Source of the DNA: the human T2T-CHM13v2.0 reference genome, Homo sapiens
Strand: one strand, 5' to 3'
Length of the DNA stretch: 64,000 bases
Assembly: GCF_009914755.1 (NCBI RefSeq)
Contig: NC_060941.1
The notes beneath the pieces are model-generated. The model was not told the DNA's origin. It did not search any database and was given only the letters and a program-made list of their open reading frames with translations. This document shows positions 12,746-30,726 of this stretch, piece after piece (the first letter of the stretch is position 1; every line of letters starts with the position of its first letter). Position numbers and translations under genes: made by a program.

Positions 12746-13830
12746 GACAACCCCGAGCCCCCCTGTCTTGAGAGCATGTATCATAATAGAGAATATGATT
12801 CTCTATTAAAAAGTGGGAGTATCCACTTAAATTGTTTGTTTTTTTCTAACTTGGCAGATAGCTTGGAAAGTTCCTGGACACCAGTTGGACTTGCCGCGAA
12901 AACCATTAATCTGGCCTTTCAGAGAAAATCTTCAGAAGAATGTATTTGCAAGGTGAATTATGAGGATTTAGGATTTGCCCTCAAATTTCTCTTTCAGGCT
13001 GCTCTTCAAATAAATATTTCCCCATCCAAAAGAGACCACAGTTATTTTAGATGTTTGTCTCTTAACATCTGAATGCACTGCTTTTTCTTAGCTTTACAAG
13101 AACCTGTCCTCACAATAATCCACTCTACAGCTGAAAAGTCTTCTTACTCCTGCAAATCTGAACCCAGTAATGACTAACATTGCACCCAATAAGAAGTGAG
13201 GATAATTTCAGAACACTTGGCTTTGCTTTAAAGGGCAAGATTTTGGAAGCAGGTTCACAGGACTCCATCCAGATCTGTCTTCCTGGCACACAGCTCAGGG
13301 GACCATGCCCAAGCTCCAGGTGACAGCAGAGGGCAGGAGAGGGGACGCTTGCTTCCCACATGTCTGGCCCTAGGGTAGGGAGCTCGTTAGGACTCCAGGT
13401 GCCAGAATCCCACAGCACAGTGGCCTCTGGATGCCCCTTCGTGTCCTGGAAAGGAGAGGCGGCTCCTCTCCAACTCAGGGTGGGGCTGGGAGAGGTCTTG
13501 ACAGCAGGCAGGCCTTGGAGGCCACCGCAGCTCCCCAAATGTCCCTGTGCCTCTGCACTCGCTGGGCCTGCTAGCTGTTCTGGGTCTCAAGGGTATATAT
13601 ACAATTCTGAACATGTAACTAAGAACATGTAACTCCACTAGGCTCATATCTCACCCTACACCAGCGTTCATGATGTGGGATTTCTGAGCTGACTGCACGT
13701 GAGACCCGGCCAGGTCTTGACTCACTGCCTGAATTTTCCACGTCTTTCTGGAGATAAAGCCTTTCTCTGGCTTGGTGAATGCTGTCTGATTCTTCATCTT
13801 TTTCCATTTGGCATTTTGCTTTGAAACTCA

Positions 13831-14531
<701 letters not shown>

Positions 14532-14664
14532 AAAATACAACTCTGATTTTGTAAAGAAAAAAAGATGTTTTGGGAGGACAACCTTAAGACAAAGAAAACA
14601 AAGTTTTCTAGTCCCATCTCCTCATTACCTGCTGCTGTCATGTGCTAGGAATAATAATGCAATA

Positions 14665-14890
14665 ATTAATTGAGTTGCCACAGCGGCAGGGACTGTCCTA
14701 AAGGCTGGATGTATGTTTTATCATTGAGTTCTCACAGCAATCCCAGCAGGCAGGATCTGTTTCTCCCCATTGTACAGATGAGGAAACTGAGGCACAGAAA
14801 TGCTTTACTTGGCCAAAGGTAGACAGCAAATAAATGGGGCCCAGATGCAAATGCAAACATTTTGACTCCAAAACACTTGCCCATAAACCG
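14665..14890 (-). mobile_element. MIR
   Basis: CCCCATTGTACAGATGAGGAAACTGAGGCACAG. Confidence 0.8.
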
Positions 14891-16178
14891 CATGCGCCAC
14901 TGCATGGAGAGATATAACAAGGACCACCACAAGTCACTCATCCAGAAGCAGTTTCATGGACTATACAAACTTAATTTAAACGTGTGAATTCCTTCTAACA
15001 GGATGAAGAGCAATCTGATGCCTTCTCAGTTACAAATCTGTTTGTAGAGGGCATTGATAGTTCCTATATTTTAAATAGTTGTTTTGGAGGTTCTAGATGG
15101 CAGATTACATACAAAGAAAAATGCTTTTTTGATGACATGGATTATCATTACATAGATTTGCAGTGAGTCGAGCCATGTTCCCCAGCTATATATTTTTTTT
15201 TCAGTAAAAGTCTGGTATAACACAGGAAGTTATACCAGATTCTACTTCTGTAGCCTATTAGGCAGATGTTGCGAAGGAATTTCACTGTGTTTGATGCTTC
15301 AATTTCGTACAGAATCTCAGGTCTGACATGGAAGAAGTTTTGATGACTTACTGCCAACTTTGTATCACCCCCAAAATGCTTTAGAGAAATATCTCTCTAC
15401 AGAGGAAAGCAAGGAACTGTGACTTTAACTAGTGAATTGGATCAACGTGTCCAGCTAATTCAGGTACCAAATCCTATTTTTCTGTAACAGCAGAAAACTG
15501 TCACGACTGCCACTGAGCTCAACTTTTCCTGAACAGACTCAGCTAAAATCCTTGCCATGTCTCAGTTCTCATTTCACTATGCTAATTAGGGAGCCCAGAG
15601 GGTGAGTCTACACATGTAAAATGGATGGATCTTAACACATCGATGCTTTGTTTTTAGCCAGATTGCTGCACAACTGATTCCACTTCTGCAGCAACTGCCA
15701 TCCATCACCAGGACTGCTCTGCCTGGGGACAGCCAGGCCACAGCCCTGCTGACGTCTGCATGGGTCTTGGACGTGGTCTAGGGCCAGAACGCAGTGATGA
15801 AGCTGGTGGTTTGTAGAGGCTTTTACTACAAGTAACATCCCTCATTTGATGAAATAGATATCTTTCTGCCAACTTGGCTCTGTCACTGAAACCTGGTGTT
15901 TTTGTCTGGTAATTCTTCAAATTTGATGTTTTAAAGAATGTTAAGTGAATTAATTCCTCCTTTTTGTCAGTGCTATAAGTTCCATACAGAGTTTGCTCAG
16001 TCTGAAGTACATCTGTATTAATTAGACAAACTAAAGCATTGGGTGGATCTAAACGGTTCCTTTTAATGATTTTTCTCCACGATGACAAGGCACACTATAC
16101 AAACAACCACCTGATTTTAGCAAGAGGGCTAAAAATTATATTGCATAAATGGAGTTGCATTATTTAAACTTAAATTCA

Positions 16179-16454
16179 GGCCAGGTGCGGTGGCTCACGC
16201 CTGTAATCCTAGCACTTTGGGAGGCAGAGGCAGGCGGATCCTTGAGATCAGAAGTTCGAGACCAGCCTGGACAACATGGTGAAACCCTGTCTCTACTAAA
16301 AATACAAAAATTACCCGGAAATCGCTTGAACCGGGGAGGCGGAGGTTGCAGTGAGCTGAGATCGTGCCACTGCACTCCAGCCTGGGCAACAGAGCGAGAC
16401 TCTGTCTCAACAGAAACAAACAAACAAAAACAACAACAACAAAAAACAAAAAAA
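16179..16454 (+). mobile_element. AluS with a right-arm deletion
   Basis: TTACCCGG joined directly to AAATCGCTTGAACC. Confidence 0.92.
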
Positions 16455-17482
16455 CCCTGAAATTCAAACTTTTGCCATTAAAAACATCCTCAATTCGATA
16501 AATTACAACTTGTATTTTGAAATATTGGTGGAATGACCTTACCTGCTCTATTTCAACCTTAAACAGCTGAATTAAAAGCCTAATTCCTACCAAAAGTCTT
16601 TAAAATGAGAAATTAACTGTGATGATACTTTCCCCTGATTAAATAAGAAGCAAGAGCTGGGGCTTTGCCTGAGAGGACATCATTTCAGAAGTCAATTTGG
16701 TTTTGACTTCGTTAAAGCAATAAAATGTGGGTGGTTAATCTGAGTGAAAGCTGCCATGTTCTAAAAATGCGTGAAGACTTAACTGGATGGGTGGTTGCAC
16801 CGCAGAAGCTATTTAGGATTGGAAAGTAGCTGTGATTTGGATTTTAATGAATTGCACACTGTTGACGAATTCTTCAGCAGTTAGCCTGGATCCTTTCCAC
16901 TCAACTTAGACCTTTCTGCCTAGTTACTCCAACTTAAACCTCAGTTCCTGGAGGAATCAAGTTTGTCTTATAGCTGTTGTCTTTGATGGAGATGAGCCCG
17001 AGAGACATTAAAGTTTCAGTGAATTTTATCCCCTTTCTGGATACTATTAAATCACTCCTGCCCCAGGCAGAAGACTGGTCTTTACTCTAAGGCAGCTAAA
17101 GAGTGACTATTTTTCCAAATTGCACAAAAGGGAGAATTTATCAAGCACCTTTTCTCTCAGAGAGGACAAACCCAGAACAGGAAAACTTTATTACTTTCTC
17201 TCTTGGCTATAAATTATGCTATTCAGATGTATTTGAAAGCTTCTCTTTATGCTCTTGCTTGAGCCATAAAACTTGATACCTGGGGCCAAATGCCTTTATC
17301 CCCAAGAAGGGTGAAGAAGATGAAAAGGCAGCAGCTCTAGGCGGAAGCCACACAAATGACTGGGCAGAAAATGCGGGCGGTGGAGAAAGTTACATTGCAC
17401 GATTCATGCCTCTTTGACCTTATATTCTACTCTGAAATTAATGTTACTGTTTGCATAGGATCACTGGCCTTTCGAAACCTGA

Positions 17483-17830
<348 letters not shown>

Positions 17831-17894
17831 TGTTGTTGTTATTTTTAATACCGGGATTTTAGATCTGATGAATTTCAATAAGCCAGCCACTCAC

Positions 17895-18066
17895 CTGGAG
17901 AGGGTTCGCTGGGGTCCACTTTCTCTGCTTTCCTTACAGTCATGGTACTTTTATGTTTCTGCTTGACTGATGTTTGGTCAATTGCTGGAAGTTTGGAGTC
18001 ACACTTAAATGCAGATATCTTGATAGATGACCTTGGTTCAGTTAGAGCATCCTCCTCACTAGAACT
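17895..18066 (-). CDS. MARCHF10: MARCHF10 coding exon (172 nt, phase 0-1)
   Basis: Acceptor tttcatttttggtag|A, donor CAG|gtgagt. Encodes SSSEEDALTEPRSSIKISAFKCDSKLPAIDQTSVKQKHKSTMTVRKAEKVDPSEPSP plus 1 nt. Confidence 0.95.
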
Positions 18067-18261
18067 CTACCAAAAATGAAATACGTCTGAGTCTCAGTGG
18101 CCAAGTAGGTCAACTTTGTTAGGCAGAGAAAACAGAAATGAGGCAAATGCAGTGACCCTCTCCAGCAATAATCCTAGAGTCTTCTGCCAGGTCAACACGC
18201 CCGTTCACCAGAGAGATTCAGATGGACTGGGCAGAGCAACTTAGAAATAATGGCAGAGTTA

Positions 18262-18346
18262 GTGAGTCTGTTTTGTAGAACATTATGAAAGAATGCATTT
18301 TTCTGTGAGTGTGTTTTGTAGAACGTTATGAAAAGAATGCATTTCT
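18262..18346. repeat. Two-copy tandem duplication, unit about 43 bp
   Basis: GTGAGT.TGTTTTGTAGAAC.TTATGAAA(A)GAATGCATTT occurs twice. Confidence 0.9.
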
Positions 18347-19474
18347 GACCCTTAAGTAATTTGATGACAGATAAATAGCGCATGTGCTTTTAAACTTCTT
18401 ATTGTTTGTTATTTGAACTACTTTGGAGATAGGCTAGAAGAAAAAATGTTCCTTATGTTAATCATACATTTGACAATGAAAAGGAAATGTAGATAGTGTG
18501 ACGGAGGCAGATTAAATCAGACCTCAGTTTCAATACTCTGCGTTACTGGGTGCAACACGAGACAGACTAATCTTTTAAAAAGTCCCCTCCTTGTCACTCT
18601 TCTATAAAGAAGTCAGTATAAATCTATGCATGGACAAATCATGATTCCTGCTGTGTCAGAATATCTCAACACAGCCATGCCGACGCAATAAAAATTATCC
18701 AGGCATGGAACAGCTTTATACTTGGCCACACTTACACCCACCAAAGAAAGGATGAAAACAATATAAATATCAGAAACCTGGTCTTAAAGGTGATTTAAGT
18801 ACAGCCTGATGGCTTTAGGTCCTGGTGTTGGTATGACTTGCTAGGCTATCCATTCTGCAACAAATAAATCACTAGGTTCCCCCTTCCCCGACCCTGGGGG
18901 GTCGTTGCGGTGGGGGTGGAGGGGGGCACTAAGCTCTCTCCTCCATTGCACATTAGTCCAGTGTTGGAAAGTCCTGTGAAAATGTGGTCTTTTGCAGGCA
19001 TAGAATGCTAAATTAACATCCCTGGTACCTCCCCAACTGTTGCAATTTGTATTGATCTTGCTCACCGTTCTCCCTGTCAGTTGTGGCATTTTCATTTCAC
19101 AGGCTCCTGACTCAGGAAAATACTCTGAGTAGCTTTGAATTATTGGGTGTGATGTAAGACAAACTAAATTCTAAAAAAGTCCTCTACTTGTCAGTCTTCT
19201 GTAAAGAAGTCTACATAAATCTACAGGTGGACACATCATTATGCTCCAAGATGATGAATCATATTTTAAATTTAGAGTTTGGATACAGCCTTCAAACAAA
19301 TAATTCTTGTTTCTCCGCACAATTTCAGAAAACAGACCACCCTCAGATAAAAGAACCAGAAAAGCACAAGACACAACAAACTGACTGTTCTCCCCTTTCC
19401 TTTTCGATTTTGCTATTTAATTGAAATCCTTGCAAATAACTCTGAAATGTCAAAGATGAAACATTAGGTCATTT

Positions 19475-19781
19475 CTTTTTTCTTTTTTTCTTTTTTTTGA
19501 GACAAAGTTTCACTCTTATTGCCCAGGCTGGAGTGAAATGGTGCCACCTTGGCTCACTGCAACCTCCGCCTCTCGGGTTCAAGCAATTCTCCTGCCTCAG
19601 CCTCCTGAGTAGCTGGGATTACAGGCACCCACCATCATACCCGGCTAATTTTTGTATTTTTAGTAGAGACGGGGTTTCGTTATGTTGGCCAGGCTGGTCT
19701 CGAACTCCTGACCTTAGGTGATCAACCCATCTCAGCCTCCCAAAGTTCTGGGATTATAGGCGTGAGCCACTGTGCCTGGCT
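19475..19781 (-). mobile_element. AluS
   Basis: TSD AAACATTAGGTCATTTCT. Confidence 0.95.
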
Positions 19782-20090
19782 AAAACATTAGGTCATTTCT
19801 GAACATGAGATAGGTTCTCTATTCTCAGAAAAGAAAATGCGGGCACATTTTAAGTATGACACCTAAGAATGTCATTGTAATTGGGTCCTGGAAGTCACAG
19901 TCCTGGAACTGGGTCCCAAGAAGAGCATCAATGAATAAGGGACAGAATTTCTTCCATAAACTGCCCAACAAAATCAGCTCACTGCAGTGGGTTAAGTCAA
20001 CTCCCACAGGGCCCTGCAAGTGAGCCCTTTATTTCCAGCCAGCAGAAAGGCAGGAAAAATGCTCCAGGCGAGGATGACCAACACCTGTGT

Positions 20091-20120
20091 CAGCAGCAGT
20101 AGCAGCAGCAGCAGCAGCAG
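20091..20120. repeat. (CAG)3 TAG (CAG)6 trinucleotide repeat
   Basis: Direct reading. Confidence 0.95.
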
Positions 20121-20529
20121 GTGTCCGCTCAGCTCATCTTAGCGGATCCATTTCCATTACCCCCAGCCAGGGCCGGAATTCTTGGCTTGCCCCAGGCTGT
20201 GGTGAATAGGGAGGAGACCTTTATTGGTTGAGCTGTTAAGCCACGTTTATCCTTCCTCCACCCATTCATTAAACCTCAAGCCTTTAGTGCACTGAAGAGG
20301 TGAAAGCTTGGCCAATTAAATCATCCTGTTACCTACGGGATTGTGAGCCTACATTGTGAATACATCCTTCTCTGGTTCAATCAACCTTATTTCTAGGTAG
20401 TAATCATTAAGAGTCTAGAAATTGCAGCTAGAAGTTGGTGTTTTATCAGTTGTAAACCGAAGGTACAATGGCAAGAAGTGTAATACTTACAAATGTGTTA
20501 ATGGACTTTTTTCCTGCTTGCCTCATTGA

Positions 20530-20905
<376 letters not shown>

Positions 20906-20992
20906 TATCCTCTTTCATGAAACCCCATCGTATCACGCAGGGAGGATCGTCCTTGAGTGGGAGAAGTTGTAGTAAATCATCCTGGCACTAAA

Positions 20993-21240
20993 GTGTGGTA
21001 CTTAAGGCCCTGGAGCCCAGCTCCACGGGAGTGAATCCCAGCTCTTGCACATAGTAATTGTGTGACATTGGGTTAGTTCATTTCTCTGGATCTCAGATTT
21101 CATTTGTGAACAATAGTATCTACCTTTTGGTGGTTTTGTGAGGATTACATAATATATATATGTACGCATAGCACTTAGAACAGCACCATATACATGTAAC
21201 CCAGCAAGCGCCATGCAAGTATTGGCTTTTATAATTAGCC
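20993..21240 (+). mobile_element. MIR, near full length
   Basis: tRNA-like head, core and GTGAGGATTA tail region. Confidence 0.8.
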
Positions 21241-23024
21241 ATTAATTCATGTTCAGCCATTTATAAAATTAACTAGCTAACTACTGAACATTTACTACCT
21301 ATGGTTGAAACTAAAGTCAAAGTCCCCAGTGAAAAATCCTATTGGATTTCACCTATTCCAAAAGGGTGGTATGAATGGAGACGTGGGTTAGTTCCACACC
21401 AGACTCTTGGTTTCTTCTCCAGGGAATATAATCTATAATAGTATGACAATCTTATAAATGGCCAGTTGAAATTTATCTAGTTTTAAGAAAATATGGTGCA
21501 ATGGTTTTTGAGACAGTAAAGCTCTAATGGCAAATATTTGACAACATTAGAGATAATCAAACAATAATAATTAAAATTTTAATTTTAAAGTTGATTTTTA
21601 AATTGCATCTTTTCCTCTTGTAATTTTGAAAAATAATTACAATTTTCATTCCTTCCTCATGTGTCCCCAAGTTGAAATGTCACTTGGAGGTGGAGGCAAC
21701 AGCACACTGCTATTCCTTTGGGGGACGAAAGCCAGCTCTATCTTTAAAAATCAAAGCCCACGACATTAAAAACAAACCAAAAACCAAAATAAAACAAAAC
21801 CCAACCTACGTGACACTTAAGTATACTTCACATTCTCTGCTGAGAATCTGATGAAAGTTCTAACAAAGCCATGTTAACTAAAATAAGTTGACGAAATCAG
21901 TATTTTCTTGAGAATCGTCATTTTTGTACTTAAGGTTTTCCAAAGATCCCGAACTTGCTCTACTGGCCTCATGTCTAATAAAGTAGAGTTATCACTCTGC
22001 CCAGGGCTACGCGCTTTCAAAAGTTCACAGAAAGGCCCACACTGAGGAGAGAAGGAACTTAACTGGGTAAGTAGCATTGGGCAGTGAGGTAATGACATCA
22101 TGGTTCAAGTAGATGTCCTGGAAGGTGAAAACGCATGGGTTGAGAAGGGGGATGAATCTCCTCGGGAATGTGAGAATGATTCAATTCTTAACAACTAGGA
22201 CCTAACAATATGGTGTCTGAAATGATAAGGCGACAGTGAACAGAGATGACCCGAAGAGCAAGTAGACTAAGGCAGTCGGGGACAGAAAAGACTTCAAGTT
22301 ATTTTCCAACTATTGCCTGATGGCTCCTTTCCAAGAACCGGCAAACTGGTTCTTAACTGATATGCCATTTCTGTCCCTCCCCGAGAGGTGCTACTGAATT
22401 CTGATTGATGTGTACCGAACCCATCTTTGCCGTGAGTCACGTGATGGAGGCTGAGCTAAGTGGATCTATGATATAGTGCAGGGCACAGCTTGCTGTGGAT
22501 GGGAGGGAAAAGGCAAAGAGTAGTGTCAAGCTGGCGCCAGACTGTGTTGAGTACATTTGAAATGAACTTGGTCTCGTGAGATTATAAAGGAGTGTGATCA
22601 AGGCAGTGAACCTCAACCTTTAAACAGTGACAACATGGGAAGGTCGATCAAGGGACTGTGTGTGCCACCTTCAAGAGCACTGTCCCCAAAGCCCACACTC
22701 AAATTGTGCTTCAAACACAAAAACCACCTTAGGGAATTGAGGGCAGCTTGTATAAATAGCATTCTGGATAGGACGGCTACCTTTACGTAGTCATGAAATG
22801 TAAAATATGTCCTGCACAAAGTGCTGTTGTAGCACGAAGCAAGCAAAACTTTCTCTTGTCTAGAAAAAAACTCTTACAGCAGCAAAATCCCTCCTGTGCG
22901 TTCAAGACAATTTTGAGTGTGCCAGAATTGTACGCTTGGACAATAAAGAACGAGGCTCAGTAGGCTTTTTGGTCTTTCTGGACTCAGGTACCACCCACCT
23001 GAATCAAACTGCTGCTGACTCTCA

Positions 23025-23479
<455 letters not shown>

Positions 23480-23967
23480 TCACAGGCACCTGTCTACCAT
23501 CGAGTTCCACAGAGAACACCCTCCTGCCTACAGGCTTCTCTCGGATTTTCAGTCCAGCAAGTTGAAACGACCCAGCCTGTGGCCCTGGCTGGAGAGTGGC
23601 CTCGGTGATTTAAGTCTTCATAACATTCCATCACTACGGGGGTGCCCTCTGAAGGAGAGGCATGTGGGTCTGCTTGCTTTGCGATTACTATTCAGCCCAC
23701 TATGGAACGGCCAGAGTGAAACTTCGCGCTGCAAGTTACTGACATGGCAAGCAGGACGTGCTAGGTACTTCTTATGATGCCAGGCAATCCTTTGTGTGCT
23801 GCAGAAATCACTGTTCAGTTTACTTGGTTGGTGACCACACATTTTTCCCGCTTCCAAATACTAGGGACACCTGTCTGTAGTATTATCTGGCTGTAGCAGG
23901 AGCAGGGTTCTGTGTGGTGCGAGGACGAAAAGGAAGCAGTATGTGGCCAGGAAATTGATAGATTTTA

Positions 23968-24586
<619 letters not shown>

Positions 24587-25478
24587 ACGTTAAAATGCGG
24601 TGTTTAATAGTTTAACAGCACATTGAGATTGCCCTTGACGTAGGTGTCTTTCAGATATGGTTTTGCTACAATGTGTTTCCCCTTCATCCTTTATTTGAAT
24701 TCATATTCTTTTAGCTGAGAGGAGCATCTGAGCAACACCAGGGGGCTTGGCCATCAAATGGAGATCATCGATGAAAATGCTTCCTATTCGGAATAACAGG
24801 TCATTAAACATGGAAGTCAATTGAGATGTATCATACGCGCCTATTATGTCTTTAACACCGTGCTAGGCTCTGTGAAGGATACAGAAATAAGCTGACAAGG
24901 AGAGAGATAAGATTAATGACTTACCAGCAAAACGGAAAACAATGTTTAATCAAGGGATACGTTCTGTTGCACCCATTCTAAATGTCATGGAAAACCCCTG
25001 GGAAAAGGTGAAAGGTCAAGGGAAGGTGGTGGTGTGTGCTGGGACTTGAAGAATGGGTGGGGTCTGGCTAGGCTGGAGGTAGCACATGAGCCGCAGGATG
25101 GATGGAGTGAAAAGAGCAGGCGTGATTCTAGGACAGCCAGGCAGGTGGCTTGAGCATGGGGTGAGGAGGAGGGTGTGGGCCAGATTGTGGGGAGCCCTGA
25201 GATTCAAGCAAATGTGATAGAGAGTGGGGTCCCACTGAAGGTTTCTGAGTAGAAGAATGCTTAAAGTAGTACTTACAATTTAGCTATATGTTTCTTTTAG
25301 AGAGAGAAAACAAAACATCCTGCAAATTTGCCAGTCAAATAATCTCTTTGTGGTTTCAATGGTTTATTTTTGTAAAGCATAATTCTTTTCTTTATTACAA
25401 AAGAAATGCATGCTCAGAATGGAAAAACAAAAACAAGCATAAAGATATTTAAAACATTCAAAAACCAATTAACCTTGA

Positions 25479-25814
<336 letters not shown>

Positions 25815-25889
25815 CTGTATTCTTTTAGACACTTTTTAATGACTGATGGAGACTACTACCTTTCTAGCAAAATCCCTTCTAAATCGCTA

Positions 25890-26277
25890 AGAGTTGAAGT
25901 CGGGATGTGTGGTTGCCCATCTTGAACTGAATCGTTCAGCCCCTGCACCTACTGCCCCACTGCAACTCAGGAGAAAGGTCTCACCCAGGGGAGTATGAGC
26001 AGAAGCAATGTGTGCAGCCTCCACAGAGAAAATATCTGGCCCTGCACCTCTGCCTATCACCTTCCTGTGAGCTGGAGAACAACAACTTTGAAAGTCATAT
26101 GTTGAAGACGGCAGAACCAGCATCAGCCTGAGTCCCTGAAAGTCTGAGAAGTGCTGCCTGCTGACCTGCACATCTCACCAGGACTGTCACGTGTGCAAGA
26201 GATACACTTTTATCTTGTCGACTGAGCCACTGCATTCTTGGTCCCTTTGTTACAGCAGCTAACATTACTCTAACATA
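25890..26277 (+). mobile_element. Old MaLR/ERVL LTR (MLT1/LTR16-like)
   Basis: GAAGACGGCAGAACC...AGCCTGAGTCCCTG and 3' end GAGCCACTG...TTGTTACAGCAGC typical of the class. Confidence 0.6.
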
Positions 26278-26296
26278 GAATTGTACCATTCATATG

Positions 26297-26609
<313 letters not shown>

Positions 26610-26639
26610 TTAACAATACCTTGCAGCAATAGATACCTT

Positions 26640-27900
<1,261 letters not shown>

Positions 27901-27954
27901 TTTGTTCCTCAAATTGTGCCAAAAATGGTGAGTGGCAGTTCATTCAAGTTGGCT

Positions 27955-28603
27955 TTTAAAAATTTTTTTCAATGTTTGTTTTAGATACAGGGGGTACATA
28001 TGCAGGTTTGTTACATGGGTATATTGCACCAGGTCATGAGCATAGTACCCAATAGATAGTTTTTCAATCCACATCCCCCTCCTTAGTGCACTTAGTAGTC
28101 CACAGTATCTGTTGTTCCCTTGTTTATATCCATGTGTGCTCAATATTTAGCTCCCACTTATAAGTGAGAACGTGTGGTATTTGGGTTTTTGTTCCTGCGT
28201 TAATTCCCTTAGGACTATGGCCTCCAGCTCCATCCATATTGCTCCAAAGAACATGGTTTCTTTCTTTTTTATGACTGTGTAGTACTCCATAGTGTATATG
28301 TACTACATCTTCTTTATCCAATCTACCATTGATAGGCACCTACACTGATTCCATGTCTTTGCTATTGCAAACAGCATGGCAATAAACATACATATACATG
28401 TGTCTTTTTGGTATAATGATCTATTTTCCTCTGGGTATATACCCAGCAATGGGATTGTTGGGTTGAATGGAAGCTTTGTTTTAAGTAATTAGAGAAATCT
28501 CTAAACTGCTTTCCACAGTGGCTGAACTAATTTACATTCCCAGCAACAGTATGTAAGTGTTCCCTATTCTCCACAGCCTTGCCAGCATCTATTGTATTTT
28601 GAC
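27955..28603 (-). mobile_element. L1PB or old L1PA 3' end fragment
   Basis: GGGGTACATATGCAGGTTTGTTACATGGG, CCCACTTATAAGTGAGAAC, L1 ORF2 C-terminal remnants. Confidence 0.85.
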
Positions 28604-29176
28604 TTTTTTTTTTTTTTTTGAGACAGAGTCTTGCTCTGTCTCTCAGGCTGGAGTGCAGTGCACGATCTTGACTCACTGAAACCTCGGCCTGCTGGATTCA
28701 AACTGTTCTCATGCCTCAGCCTCCTGAGTAGCTGGGATTACAGGCGTGGACCACCACACCCAGCTAATTTTTGTATTTTTAGTAGAGACAGGGTTTCACT
28801 ATGTTGGTCAGGCTGGTCTCAAACTCCTGACCTCAGGTGATTCACCCGCCTTGGCCTCCCACAGTGCTGGGATTACAGGCGTGAGCCACCGCACCTGGTC
28901 TGTATTTTGACTTTTTTTTTTTTTTTTTTTTTTGAGACAGAGTCTCACTCTGTCTCCCAGGCTAGAATGCAGTGGCATGATCTTGGCTCACTGCAACCTC
29001 TGCCTCCCAGGTTCAAGTGATTCTTCTGCCTCAGCCTGACTAGTAGCTGGGACTACAGGCGCCCGCCACCATGCCTGGCTAATTTTTTGTATTTTTAGTA
29101 GAGGCGAGGTTTCATTGTGTTAGCCAGGATGGTCTTGATCTCCTGACCTCATGATCCAGCCGCCCAAGCCTCCCAA
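28604..29176 (-). mobile_element. Two tandem antisense Alus (28604-28900; 28912-29176, 5'-truncated)
   Basis: TGTATTTTGACTTTT precedes both tails. Confidence 0.92.
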
Positions 29177-29525
29177 TTCCTAGCCACACCTATGTGGCTG
29201 TAGATCATGTAATCTAATAATTATTAAACAAATGTAAAATTAGTAGAGTCACAGACTTTTTTTAAAAAAAGGAAATATGAACACCCATAAGAACATGGAA
29301 TGGGGGATGGAGGTGTCCTAATCTAGTTTGGGGGTGTAACTAGTGAGCTGAGAGAGACCTCCCTATGGAAGTGACCTCAGCTGCAATCTCAGGCATGGCG
29401 GGAGGGGGTGAGTGCTGCAAGGGGAGGGAACAGCACGTGCAAAGGTGCTCTATCAGGAGGTGGCCGGGTACTTCAGAGGACACAAAGCCAGTGGGGGTGA
29501 AATGCAGAGCTGTAAGGAGAGCTAG

Positions 29526-29936
<411 letters not shown>

Positions 29937-30157
29937 TGCTTGTCAATATCTCTCTACCTGTGTTATAGAAAATGGGATCTGGGAGCAGGAGTGTGAGTGT
30001 GAACACTGGTTAGGAGGCCACTGCAGTAACTCAATGAGATGGTGGCAGACAAGATGATCCAGATGGATTCAAAGGTATTGAGGAAGTGAAATGGAAAGGA
30101 CTTGGTGACGAATTCAGTGCGGGGGGAGATGGAGAGAAAATGTCCCATTCTGATGCA

Positions 30158-30516
30158 TAATATGGTTTGGCTGTGTCCCCACCCAAATCTCATCTTGAAT
30201 TGTAGCTCCCACAATTCCCATGTGTCATGGGAGGGACCCGGTGGGAGGTAATTAAATCATGGGGGTGGGTCTTTCCTGTGTTGTTCTTGTGATAGTGAAT
30301 AAGTCTCATGAGATCTGATGGTTTTATAAAGGGGAGTTTCCCTGCACAAGTTCTCTCTTTGTCTGTCGCCATGTAAGAAGTGCCTTTCGCCTTCTGCCAT
30401 GATTGTGAGGCCTCCCCAACCATGTGGAACTGTGAGTCCATTAAACCTCTTTTTCTTTATAAATTACCCAGTCTTGGGTATGTCTTTATCAGCAATGTGA
30501 AAATGGACTAATTACA
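30158..30516 (+). mobile_element. THE1 (MaLR) solo LTR, THE1B/C-like
   Basis: T(G/A)ATATGGTTTGGCTGTGTCCCCACCCAAATCTC...GGACTAATTACA; 5 bp TSD ATGCA on both sides. Confidence 0.93.
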
Positions 30517-30726
30517 ATGCACAAAAGGAAAAAGGAAGGGCCACACTGGGACCTCTAGCATGGGCCTGTTGGGCTTGAGGTGTCTTTTGAAATGCCTGAG
30601 TGAGACAGTGAGTAAACAGCTTGATATTCTGATTTGGGGATCAAAGTGAGGTTTGGGTGGGAAATGTAGGCCTGGGAGTCATTGGCAGTTGACATCTTGA
30701 CTTTGGCTGCTAAAATGTTCAAGAAA

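Noticed and set aside
20020-20135. Poly-Leu signal-peptide-like stretch on the - strand
   Set aside because: Produced by the CTG repeat; an in-frame stop lies just upstream, with no ATG or good acceptor.
30411-30423. PRDM9 hotspot motif in the THE1 LTR
   Set aside because: Reads CCTCCCCAACCAT, lacking the T7 and C13 of the hot CCTCCCTNNCCAC form.
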